Shown piece after piece: positions 45,101 through 54,792 of a DNA stretch of 64,000 bases. The stretch is from assembly GCA_965240325.2 (NCBI GenBank), contig OZ251223.1, positions 3,534,001-3,598,000 of the forward strand, written 5' to 3'. How positions within the stretch are numbered: position 1 is the first letter of the stretch; each line of letters starts with the position of its first letter. The stretch comes from Rebecca billardiae RCC1528. Its lineage: Eukaryota > Protista > Haptophyta. The notes under the pieces were generated by a model that saw only the letters and a list, made by a program, of their open reading frames with translations, did no database searches and was not told where the DNA came from. The position numbers and the translations under genes are program-made.

Positions 45101-45680
45101 GACGCTCGGCCGCCATGCGCTTCGCCAGCGCCGCGTGCAGCGCCGCCTCCTCTTGGCCCCCCGCGGGCAAGTGCGCGCCGATCACGCACCAGCCCTGATG
45201 ATACGTGAGCAGGCAGGAGACGCCTGTGCTCGCGGCCAGTCGAGCGCCGAGAGGCGCGGCATCGGCGCCGAGGGCGAGCTGCTTCCTCGTGAAGATCGCG
45301 ACGCCCTCACCCTCCAGCCCCGAGAAGAAGGCGTCCCAGCCGGCGAGCCGGCCGCCGAGCGCCTCTGGCTGCGCCTCGATCTCGCCCAGCGAGACACGCA
45401 GGCCGCAGACGACAAGGACGTCGACCCGGTAGCGCTCGAGCCAGCGCGCGAGCGAGCCGGCCTCAGCGCTCATCGCCTCCACGGCCGCGCGCCACCCGTT
45501 GGGCGGCGCGATGGCCACGACCTGCAGCATCTTGGGCTCAGCGCGGAGCGCCGCCGGCCATCGCGTTTTGAGTTTGCGCCCGCCCAGTCCGGGAAGGCCC
45601 GCCCGAGCGAGCTTTCCAGCAGGACCGCTGATCATGAGCAAAGCGTTGCTTGAGACTGAGACTGTCTTGCTGGTGAGCAT
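39183..45680 (-). CDS. Family B DNA polymerase, Pol delta/zeta-like paralog, with degenerate N-terminal EEP/APE-like domain, two NZF fingers and CysA/CysB; true start may be ATG 45530
   Basis: LDFASLYPS..AHNLCY, RQ.AIKLTANAMYGFCG, VVYGQTDSLFV, C-terminal CARC...CEKC and CAQC...CENGECPVLY. Confidence 0.88.
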   Translation of the reverse strand: MLTSKTVSVSSNALLMISGPAGKLARAGLPGLGGRKLKTRWPAALRAEPKMLQVVAIAPPNGWRAAVEAMSAEAGSLARWLERYRVDVLVVCGLRVSLGEIEAQPEALGGRLAGWDAFFSGLEGEGVAIFTRKQLALGADAAPLGARLAASTGVSCLLTYHQGWCVIGAHLPAGGQEEAALHAALAKRMAAERRRGRSVVLVLGSPCAAAPPHARALAGAASPLGAGLVAATDWARSADREVVELATRLRARVFADERLCEQFGMEGRQLRPATGAMAPTTAATSTAAGVAAGAAAAAEEAARAAEGAEEASSMPLPVSGLHCNLPAAVGGDARAAESILLALFSSRARAASRGVGRAQPQSSARGAGTLTDYYRAQRPRAPAVQDALSGTDVPGQSAAAALPPRSSPEPLAPPRKAPLPSAHAPPPPQPLGAAPGTRATSARAAGGGASERGRAGRPRPSRAPAPVVEHVGMLLDIAHEQSHSCRPPELSSAARAPGHARAADAAAAASPDGARGGSGGAVERAQLPGPGADWFTLYATDVRGGTLVVRLGPYHPTLVVDTPTCLEAAAPAGGGGVRARMCAAGRERACACAGGQGMHALPTACATAEALSRACAQLVDALRSALRTGCRTGRAAAAAASDVLCAWGEWLTPFDCYDGGGEGGDGGCSDGDDGGSAGEARGAGARPMLRVRVRRCAALPAVCAVLRARMLQPAPAPSAAAGGAPPSAASATPPRPASGSAGAEPPPPPPPGAELAWVPARRQLYEDDVAPIERVLAELGLGGGGWIGVRPGAVVLPAGHEARRCARAARELCAPPSLVCALTPDASRLLDDADGDGADDPVDSGGAASAAAVAGTHAPRGAGGDTAPAAASPAAAAPAPAPRALPALPPLRVLALACVQCVQGVPAEPAARAGGAEQAGGASGGARAAAAPPPPQVRSPIADEDEVVMIACALCEDWPRGAAAAPPPHVGARGAHAAWRWHLFTRRGHAAGAPLRLPGVAVHESAPEDEGGMLRAFEHWLVGTADPDVLACYDARAAWLPLLARARATSAADAAPRGLRLCRRTDAARPGARLRSVVMYDPAAVRRAGRMAATSNEETFRLECEGRLCVDVLRHVLSARAAPSYSLEASARSVLGETLEVLGPAAVRLLRAEQREGGSARLGQYALSRVRACARLLRALNTLGETCELGRLTGLPLAHVLYRAQLVRTWSLLRRAARRLGYAVRKLDTGAGGQTQSPFLIHPIEAGTAGAYGRGEPVAVLDFASLYPSLFAAHNLCYCTLLRAPPPPAAPPGAGGGGATPSRQPAEVQDEEDEEDDGRDGVGGGAALWEDGWSEHDGEEPADKSARAGGAGIDDDRAAAHASQRPPPADAPAAAHPWAAAPPSGAAPEPRRPARLGPCVGLPAGLSEAEVHRVPSGAVFVRPAVRRGVLPRLLLALIDARARVRSELSLASSAHERAALDSRQRAIKLTANAMYGFCGAAASPLRAVELADACLALGSAACHAARAVVESAAVQRDVAVALAAARSAAARPAGASAAPRPPSERAPELRVVYGQTDSLFVRVRGVGAGESDAAVRAAARLAAVAADVAVAAVNAALPAPMRLLAERVLHPFLLLHVNRYAGLEHPAAVKVRAHPERCARAPPPPLLVKGLRSEWRREAGAVRAGVRAVVDALLRAPPPGQTAHEAAVGAARAHARRLLSGEGLSPLDYAMSGGLWRVEGRAVDAAAERALAATAPPLDARAAGIIGPHVHLAVRQRMRDRGRSHVLGERVQYVLRAGHERQHDAAEEPLRALLLGAPLDAGLYWRLKLLPPLRELLETAGVGRAECAEALSGAHTLVRARRAAPPLPAETAAGMLSARAAAAPAALPAAAAPPPAADAAALGVRREGEARRHPEPAAGCSARLAGDACAPAAEGAEWACPVCTLLNTPAALACGACASERPPPPPAGASEPHAGAGAAMAGSHAWSCAACTYLHEGALLRALRCDMCGTRRAPPAAPPAGAHAGSKRRRAEQATADQRPGRSPAGARAQQAAIGAYLSRAAHGEAGGCARCRQPLPPPPPLPPATSASAGAVEGDRARVLCEKCQDDPEGSALALLDTLELSRRWDERLALESARCAQCHSGGTQHAILCENGECPVLYARVRAAREANEAHEALARWRCAMDW

Positions 45681-45719
45681 CCGCCGCCGTGGCGAGCGGC
45701 GGCCAGCTAAAGAGCGGAG

Positions 45720-46271
45720 ATGAGCGGCTCGAGCGCGCCAACAGTCGAGGAGGCGATCGCCCTGCTGCGCAGCAACCCAGCGGGTCAGGTGGTACTCGTC
45801 GCGGATCCACTCTTCACCATCCTCAAAAACGCCTCGCCGCGCCCCGCCGATGGCCAGCCCGCCGTACTCGGCGCACCAAAGTTCCGCACGCTGCGCCGCG
45901 GCAACGCCAAGTTTGCACAGAGCGTCGGTGCGATGCGCGGTGGCGTGCGGCTGCTACGCGCCGCAGGCTTCCGCGACGACGAGACGGGAGAATCGCTCGT
46001 CATGCCCGACGACGCTGACCCGAATCTCGTGCAGGCCGCCAAGGCGGCGCTCAAGTCGCTGGTGAAGGAAGCCAACGCTGAAATCGAGCGCGAGCGTGCA
46101 GAGGAGAATCGCAAGGCCGGCGAGAGGTTGGCTGAGCTTAAGCGCGTGCAGGAGAAGAACTCGGAGAAGCGTAATGGCGAGCAACAGGCCGAGCGCGCGC
46201 GCGTCATGCGCGAGCTTGCCGCCACGCGCTGGGAGCACGAACGGCAGCGCGACCCGACCAACTTTGGCTGA
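45720..46271 (+). CDS. PUB-domain protein (p97/Cdc48 cofactor-like) with coiled-coil tail
   Basis: ILKN...P....KFRTLRRGNAKF...V....GGVRLL.AAGF. Confidence 0.8.
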   Translation: MSGSSAPTVEEAIALLRSNPAGQVVLVADPLFTILKNASPRPADGQPAVLGAPKFRTLRRGNAKFAQSVGAMRGGVRLLRAAGFRDDETGESLVMPDDADPNLVQAAKAALKSLVKEANAEIERERAEENRKAGERLAELKRVQEKNSEKRNGEQQAERARVMRELAATRWEHERQRDPTNFG

Positions 46272-48282
46272 TTCGCTGATGAACTTTGTCAATTGCAGCT
46301 TTGCGCCAGGCGGACGTAGCGTGGCGCTGCTGTGACGGCAGCCGCGCTTGGATGGTGACGAGCTGCTATCGGTGAGGGTGGTGGCGACCCAGGGCGGCAC
46401 TGCTGCCCTCACCGGGCCGTCCTGCGTCTGATGCGGCGTCTGCTTTCACTTGGCAGAGGTATAAACTCCGATCCGCCGAACTCTAAGTGACAGCTCCGTT
46501 TCGGACCCCCCTGTTGGCCTATATCCCTTGATAACGGCTCCGCTTTACGTCTTAATTGCATGGCCCTGAGACCGCGATTATTAAGTCAACCAAGCTGCGG
46601 ACCATGTCACCATGACTATTAGTATTGACTCATGTCATGATGCACGGACTAGCTCTGACTGCCCGAGACGTCCTGAGACAGCACTCTGAGCCGAGACGAG
46701 TCGGTCGAGTCGCGCTTCCGTCACTGACAGGTCAGAGCGATCCGGACACTATCTAACTGTCTATATCTATATCTAGATATCTATATCTAGATATATGTTG
46801 ATATGCGCAAATGGCACCCGGCGAGTAACCCGGGCTGGACCGTACGGTTAGTTATTACAGAAAACAGCAGATGACAGTCTGATGAACCTACTATTGTAAT
46901 TGGAGGTTTATTGGCGCGCGCCGTGATCAGTGATGATGATCCATGTGGCTGGCGGCTGGCCGGATCATATCCGTCCAAGACCAACCAAGGGACCGCCTGG
47001 GGTGCCATCGCCGGTGAGCCGCAGGGGGGGTCTTCCACGGCCCGCGGGCGCGCCGCGCGCCGCCGCCCGCCCGGACTGCCGCCACCCGGACTGCATCACT
47101 GCATCGCCTGCATCGCCTGCATCGCCCGCATTGGTGATGCAGCCGGGCAGTGACGTGCCAGCCGGTGTCAGTGGCCTGCCGTCGGACTGCACGAACAGGC
47201 CGAATCGTAGTACAACTGTAGTCGTATATTTAACGACGTGGTATGCAACGGGCAACTGGCAAGCGTCAGGCTCAGAGTGCAGCAGACACATAGAATGCGT
47301 CCGCGCCTTCCAACCAGGTCAGGCAGTCAGTGCGCCACCCGCAGCCCTGCCCCCCTGAGGGAGCAGGGCCGGGATGGAGCACCGCCTCGGCCTGGGGCAC
47401 GCGGCGGCGACGGCAAATGCCGCCGCGGCCGAGCGCCTTCCGAAGCACTTGGATGAGGGTGAGGTCGTAGTCAATGTCGCCGCCCGCCGACCTAGCAGCG
47501 AGCAGCTGCGGCAGACGGCAGCCGCGGCTGTCGCCCCCGTGCGCCCGCGTGGGCGCCTGGATGAGGATGAGGTCGTAGTATGCGTCGCCGCGCGCCGGCC
47601 AAGCGGCGCGCAGCTGCAGAAGAGGGGCTTGGAGAGTGAGCGCGCCGCCTACATCTCGCCTGCCTGAGCTGTGTGCGTCTCTTATTCTTAGTAAACTGTG
47701 TAGTGCGCTCTGGGCGATGAAGCGGATGAGCTTGTAGTCGACGTCGCAGCCCGGCCCGCCGGCGGGCTGCTGCAGATGCAGTGCTGCTTGATGCTGGGGT
47801 CAGTATATGATTCATATCCGCGAGCAGTGGTCACTACCATTGAGCGCCGTGCCCGCGAATCCGATTCAGCATTAACTAATAAGCTAGTGTAGTCACTCAT
47901 CATTGTGTCAGCGCCCGCAGGCGCAGCCAGCTCAGCGGCCCGAGCTGCCCCGTACTGGCCCTAGTGCCCTAGACCGAACGCCGTCACCAACCACCGCCGC
48001 CAGTGGACGCATGTGATGCCATATATGTCCTGTTATTCAACGAAGGGCGATCGCTAGGCTCGCTAGCTCACGACCGATGTATATGTGGCCGGCTGTCGCG
48101 GCTGGCTCGCTTCGCGGAATCGCGGTGGGGGATCCGGGGAATCGTGCGCGTAAGCGCGCCGTGGAGAAGAGCGTGCTGCGCCTCGCGATCGGCGTGCTGT
48201 CCGCGCTGGCGATCTTCCGGCTCTCGGACGATCAGGGCTCACTTCAACTGTCCCTGTCTCGTCCCGTGTCCGCCCCCGTCCG

Positions 48283-50120
48283 TCAGTGCTGCGTGGCGTT
48301 GGGCAGCGCCGGGCCGGCTGGCTCGGCGATGACGAAGCCGCACACAGTCGCCTGCACCCACGCGAGCTTGACGGGTTTCACGCGGTAGCCCCACGACCAG
48401 AACACGTACTCGTCCTTCTCCTCGTCGCAGCTCTCCAGCACGATCCTGCGTGGCGGCGTGGCGCGCGTGGCGCGCGCAGTGCCCGGGCGGCGCACGCGTC
48501 AGCATCCCGCGCGCCGTTCGCATGCCGCGCGCAGCCGCGCTGCGCTGCCGCCGCGCGGCACTGGACGCACCAGTGATCGCACGCGCAGTTGGTGCAGGTC
48601 TGCGTGGCGTCCAGCGAGTAGAGCATGCCCATGGCGACCCGCGCGATCGCCACGACGCCCGAGCACGCCGCGCGCACATTCGCCACCGTGGCGGAGGGCA
48701 CGCCGCCGCGCGTGTTCACGAGCGCGAATGCCTGCTGCTCAGACTCGAAGCTGCCGCGCGCGATGATGGCCAGGCTCTGCTCGATCCACGCGTTCACGCG
48801 CGGGTGCGCCGCGAGGAAGGGCGCGTCCGTGATCACGCCCGGCCCAGCGAGCACCGCGCGCGCAAAGTCGACGAGCGTCAACCCCGCGCCCACGCCCGCG
48901 ACGAGTTGCACGCAGTCCTCGTCGTCGAGATAGCCGCCGCAGGCGAACGAGTTGTTCTGGACGTAGCTGCAGCGGCCGCCGGGGGCGAGCACGGGGGCGA
49001 GCAGCCGTTCGCACCAGCCCATGACGAAGTTCGGGATCGTCTTGATCTGCGACTCGGAGAAGGCGTCCCGGGAGACAGTGACGTTGTACGGCGAGAGGAT
49101 GTGCTGCGACGGCTCGTCGCACGAGCCGAGCACGGCCGCGTCGTGCGAGCTCATCAGCGCCTGCGTCCACATGTGCTCCGCGCCCGCCGGCGTGTACAGC
49201 GTGGCGGTGAGGCCGGGGAAGGAGGCGCGCGTGTACGCGCACGGCGCGGCCTCGAGGAGGCCGCCCGGCAGCGTGCCCGTCCAGAGCAGCTGCGTCGACA
49301 GCCGCAGCGCCTCGGCGGGCGCGCGCAGCGAGAGCGCATCCAGGATGGCTGACGGTCCGCACGTCTGCTCCTGGCCTTGCGAGTTGGACTGCGTGAGCAC
49401 CGTGCGCGTGATGTCGCAGAGCGCGAAGCCGAGCACGCCGTTGGCGTCGAGGACGGCGGCGTCGGGTGGCGTGATCACGCCGTCGACCACCGCCTGCGGC
49501 GTGAACGCCACGCTGCCCGGCGCCCACGCCTCGTCGAGTGCGCCCGTCCACGCGGGCGAGCCGTCCTTTGCGTTCTGCTGCGTGCCGGGCGGCACCGGCC
49601 GGGCGAAGATGAAGTTGGCGAGGTTGGCCGGGCCCTGCGGGAACTGCCCGGCGAGTGTGAGGAATGCCTCGCGCGTCGCGCGCAGCGCGAGGCACGTCGG
49701 GTCGTCCTTCGCCTCGCCCGTCTCCGGGTCGCAGTAGCGCACGATCCCGAGCTGCTGCATCTGCTCCCGCGCGCTCGGGTCGCGCTCAAAGATGGTGCTC
49801 AGCGGGTACGAGTAGTTGAGCTCGGCGCAGATGTTTGCCTGCTGGTTGCCGACACCCGCGTACGTGCCGTCCGTGTTCTGATTCGCCTCGAGGTAACCGC
49901 CACCGCCGTGCACGTCCGCGAACGCGGCTTCGATCACTGCCACCATCGCATCGGCCGCCGCTGGCGCAGGCACCAGGTAGGCGGGCGCCGGGCCCTCGGA
50001 CCACTGGTCGAGCGCGCCAGCCTGGCCTGCCGAGTGGAAGACTGCAAGCACCAGCAGTGCGCCCACGAGCAGCGCGCACGCGCCGGCCGCGGCCGCGCGC
50101 CCTCGGCTGCCCTGCTTCAT
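48283..50120 (-). CDS. Secreted or membrane-anchored papain-like (C39-like) cysteine peptidase; exons 50120-48571 and 48445-48283
   Basis: N-terminal hydrophobic anchor and QGQEQTCGPSAI. Splicing TG|GTGCGT...CACGCAG|GATC gives CDHWIVLE...FWSWG and a stop at 48283. Confidence 0.72.
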
Positions 50121-50360
50121 GATTGCAGGATCTTGGCCCGCGCTTGCCCACCGAACATCGTCTACGGGTAGTAGTAGCAATTGATTCCTTTGCTAGTACT
50201 ACACTATACTATTCTGGTGAACACAGCTTTAAACAATTTTAATTCGTGACAAAGCCCTGGGAGACCCAGCTCCGACCCCCTTTAATTGTGTGTCACCTAC
50301 TGCTGTCCCAAGTAATACCGGAGTAGGAATACGAACAATGGGGCCTCAAACGTTTTTTGA

Positions 50361-50458
50361 TTAGGCACGCCTCGGGAATCGAGAACGCACTTGGTTAATT
50401 TTTGCGCCAATTAGGGCACGCCTCGGGAATCGAAGCGCATGTGGTTAATTTTTGCGCG
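50361..50458. repeat. Imperfect ~50-bp tandem duplication upstream of the peptidase gene
   Basis: ttag(g)gcacgcctcgggaatcga...tggttaatttttgcgc occurs twice. Confidence 0.75.
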
Positions 50459-51691
50459 CGCCGCATGGAGATGTCGTTGCGATTCCCACAAATCTGGCGG
50501 CGATCTTAGCTACCGTCTTACCCAGTTCATACCGCCTATACAATACGGTAACGGTACGGACCTGGCGCGCCTCGCCGTGCACCGCACGAGGCCACGCGCC
50601 CCGGCGCGCGCGCGCCCGCGGCCTCGCACCCAAACTGCGAGACGCCGGCAGCGCTCGACGCGTGCCTCGCGCAGCGCGGCTGGCGAGCACGCTGAACGGC
50701 GTGGACGAGGCGCGCAACGCGGAGCGCCGCGAGGGTCACGCCGCGCGTCGAGCCGAACCGCGCGCGGCGCGCGAGGCCGCCGCGACCGACGCGGTCGCGC
50801 GCCATCTGGGCGTCCGGCGGCAGCAGCGCGCACGACGTGCGGACTGCAGTTGCTGCACGACTACCACGCGTCGATGGCCGACGCGCGCACGCACGGCGTG
50901 ATCGGTGCGTGCCGTTGCCGTGCCGCCGTGCCCGAGCGGCCGTGCGCAGCGACGACTGCATCGACGCGCGCCTCGCTGGCGCCTCGGTGGGCCTTGCAGA
51001 ACTGGGAGAGCCACGCTGCCGCACCTGGCTAATGGCTAAATCGCACACGCGACGCGCGAAGACGCGGCAGCCCGGATGATACCGTTAGTCAGCGCTGAAC
51101 GGCCAACTCGTCTCATCGTCGTCGGGTCTGCCGGCCCTGGCAAGCTTCTCCGTCGCGTCCTAGACGCGCTGTGTTCGACCAGCCCCACCGGGAAAAGGCC
51201 GCTAGGCCCCCGCTGTTTTAGAGTGCCGTTAAATCATAGAATGAGTAGTGTATGGAAAGATACGACTTCTCGGGCGGCGTCAGGCGGTTTCCGGTTGATC
51301 AGCAGGGCAGATCCCAACCCCGCGGGCTCCGGGTGATCTGCCGATCGACTGGCAGGGCCCGTGAACGTCGGCCATCGGAGAGCACGTACTCTGGGCAGTC
51401 ACTAACGACTAGTACTAGCAGCCGCACTGACGCGCAGCAGCCTATGCAGCCGGCTATGGCCTTCGTCCGGATAGCGGATTCGCGTCAGGCTCAAAGACTC
51501 GACGGTCTGAGGCGACGACGGACTAGCTTAATCTGCCTGTTTGCGACTGGCTAATGAGCCTAATCCGCCTACTGACTGCTCTGTAATCCGCCTACTGACT
51601 GCTCTGCAGACAGTGCAGTACGAGTAGTCTGCTGCTGCCTGCTGACAATGGGGGACGCGCGGCACGCGGGCTGCGTATAGTGATTAGTGCG

Positions 51692-51848
<157 letters not shown>

Positions 51849-52089
51849 ATCACAAACAGTTGCCCAGCCGCTGCAGACTCCGGGTCTGACTACGACAGTA
51901 CTACGCCCAGCCTGCTGCCGGCCGGAGTCTGCTCATACATAAACGGCAGCAGTAACGGCGCGCCGTGCTATCATAGCTCATTTCTTCCTCGTCTAGATAC
52001 TAAGCAGTGTACGTAGTATAGTTTTCATCATCGCGTAAGCTACTTAGTACTTATTACTGCTCCGATCCATATTAGCAGTATTCGTCAAG

Positions 52090-53380
52090 TTGTCGTTACC
52101 AAACCAAGGCTCCTTCAAAATTCCCCTTTATAACGGGCTCCGGGTGATCAGACTGGCGGCCGAAGCCTCCAGCCCTACCCTGGCCAGCCCCCAACCAACC
52201 ACCACCCTCACCCCACCTCAAACCACTGACCGCGACACCAAGTGCCTTGACACCACTCCGCTGTGGACAGCCCGCCTCCAGAGGGGGCGGGGGTATGCCA
52301 TTGCCGACAGCATACAAGCCCAACACTGTGGGGTGGTCCCAGGTACCAGCAGTGCACTGCCTTGCAATTCGAGATCATCGAGTTTGAGCCGAGTCGGCAG
52401 ACTGGGCACCCCCTAGGGTGCCCCAGTGTGGGCAGAGGGCCAGCCACTAGCCGATCCCTGCGCGGGGGAGGGGACGGAGGGGGCTGTCAGCGAGCCCAGT
52501 GGCAGTAGCTGGGCCGGGGTCTGGGCCACTGGTCCTGGCAGTGACTAGTGAGGCGCCTGTATTTCACTCGTGCTGCTATGGAGGCAGATGGTGTCATGTC
52601 AGACATGTGTGCGATATCGGGCATCAAGTCAGGGCGTGGGCCGCTGTAGGACGCAAGCAGAGTGGTGGCGATGGCTAATACGCCTGGGGAGGTGTCGTTT
52701 GCGCGCCTCTTTCTGCTGCTCTTTGCAGGGGGTTGCATACTTCGCTGCGCAGGCTGGGCCTGCCTGCCAGTTGGTGTTAGGATGGGCACATTTGCCTGGC
52801 GGGGTGGGCAGTGTCGTTTGGGCGGGGGGCTGTCTTGCTGAGCTTGACTAGGAGGAGGCAGCCTGCGCCTCAGGGGGGCTGCCAGTGTCCTGGCAGAGCC
52901 AGCAGGTGGCTGTGTGGCCTGCTGTCCAGTGTCTGATTGTGTAATGCCGTTGTGAGCTCCGTGACCAGTGTGACTGCCCGCAGCAGGGTCTGCCTCAATC
53001 TCAGGGCCCCCATGTGTCAACACATTGTCCGACGGACGCACATCGCGGCGAGCCAGTGGGGTAACATATTGGAGCGGCCATGCCACAAGAGGTGTGGCAG
53101 GCTGCAGAGGCCACGCAATCACCATAGGGAGGGGGCGAGCACGCTGTAGAGGCCATGCCCGCAAGAGTGGCTGAGGGCGCACGTGGTGACTGCGCGCTAT
53201 TGGCTGGTGCAGGTTGGCCTGCCCCGCGCCTGCCTGCCAGCCCTGGCCAGCCTGGGCAGGGGGTTGCTGCTGGATGACAGGTGGCCCCTGTAACTGATTA
53301 TTCATGGCAATCGCCCCTCCTGGGCCTGCCTGTGCCTGTGGGGGCGGGGGCTGCCCCCCCTGGTGGCATATTTAACATTG
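52090..53380. mobile_element. CpG-depleted island, probable degenerate methylated transposon relic
   Basis: About 1-5 CpG per 60 nt in lines counted, against roughly 10 or more in neighbouring genes, with TG/CA excess; GC hairpins near 52402-52426 and 53338-53360; no recognisable TE protein. Confidence 0.4.
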
Positions 53381-53729
53381 CCAGATCACGTCTGAGTCGA
53401 GTGGTTCAGTCCCGGGCGGTCGGTTCAGGTCCCGCGTCAGGCGTTACGCTTACCTTTAATTCCGTTAAATATTACGGACGGTTCATTTACAGGCGCGGCC
53501 AAGTCCGCTGTCGCTGATGATGATGATGATGATGATCACGACAATAGACTTTGCTGATGATACTTTTATGATGGTCACTGTGGGTACATCATCAATGGCA
53601 TTGATACCGAACGTCTGCCAACGGCGGATCAGCAGGACCCGCACTCAGATTGACCGTCTGCGGGCACCGGCACCGTGTCACCGCCGTGGCTCGTGCGCCG
53701 GTCACGGTGCCAGGGCTGGGAGTTCGTGA

Positions 53730-54299
53730 TCACGTGAGCGTGATATCAGTCATAATATCACGGCGTGATCACGTGACACGTGATCACGTGACGCGTCACG
53801 TCGGCAATGGGTCCGTCACGTGACAGCAGTCCGGTAGTCATGGTGTGCATCCGGACAGCCCCCGGGCCCGAGGCCGGGGCAGTGCTGAGTGCGCGCCTGC
53901 GCGGGGCGGCCGGCGCCGACTCGGCGCCGGGTCCTCGACGAGCCAAGGCGGGTCACGCGGCAGCAGTGAGTGCGCGCGAGCTGGCCAAGTTGATGGCTCG
54001 GCAGGCGAGCCTCATGCAGGTCTTCAAAGACGGGGCTGCTGACCGCGACTAGTCGTCGGAGTGCAGCTGTCTAATCGCGCTCTTCATGAGTCACTGGCGA
54101 GTCAGTCACTGATCTGAGAGTACGGTTAGATTTCGATCGTCATTATTCTGATGACTCCCAAATATGAAATAGGCCCAAAAAATTTCCTCGCCTCGGGCCG
54201 GCGGGGCCCCGGGGGGGAACCCCCGGACCCCCCCGTGGGCCGGACTCGTCACGTGATGTCACGTGATCACGCCTGTTGGGCAGCCGTGACGACACGTGA
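53730..54299. promoter_or_regulatory. Cluster of eight CACGTG (E-/G-box) motifs, six in TCACGTGA context, upstream of USP22
   Basis: CACGTG at 53731, 53770, 53777, 53785, 53817, 54250, 54260 and 54293. Confidence 0.4.
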
Positions 54300-54792
54300 T
54301 GGTCACTGTACGACGAATTCCCAGCCCTGCACGGTGCGCGATGCGGTGCCAAACCTACTCTGCTACTCACCATAACGGTAGGTCGCTGTCGAGCGTGAGG
54401 ATGCCTTGCTCCGGCCTACAGCCGGATGTGCCGGGTGCGAGAACGCGTCGTGGGGGGCATCACCCGGCGGGTGGATCTGGCGCAGACCGGACGTGACGAC
54501 TTGGAACTTGACATCCTGGTCACCCGTTGTCCACAGGCAGGCTTGGACCCCCCAATTTCCGCGCGGGGCAAGGAGGCCGCGGGCCGCGAAGCCGGACCAA
54601 AAGTCCAAAACGGATGATGAAATCATTTTGTCGCGCGCCCGCGCGGCGCCCGCCGCACGCCTGAGCAATCTGATCAAGTGCCGCCGCACCTCCCGCGTTG
54701 CATTCGCTCCGCCTCAGGCGTGCTGAGGCGGCGCGGTCGTGAGGCGCCCGGCGGTGGACGCGGGGCGCACGCGCCTGTTGTTGGTGGCGCCC

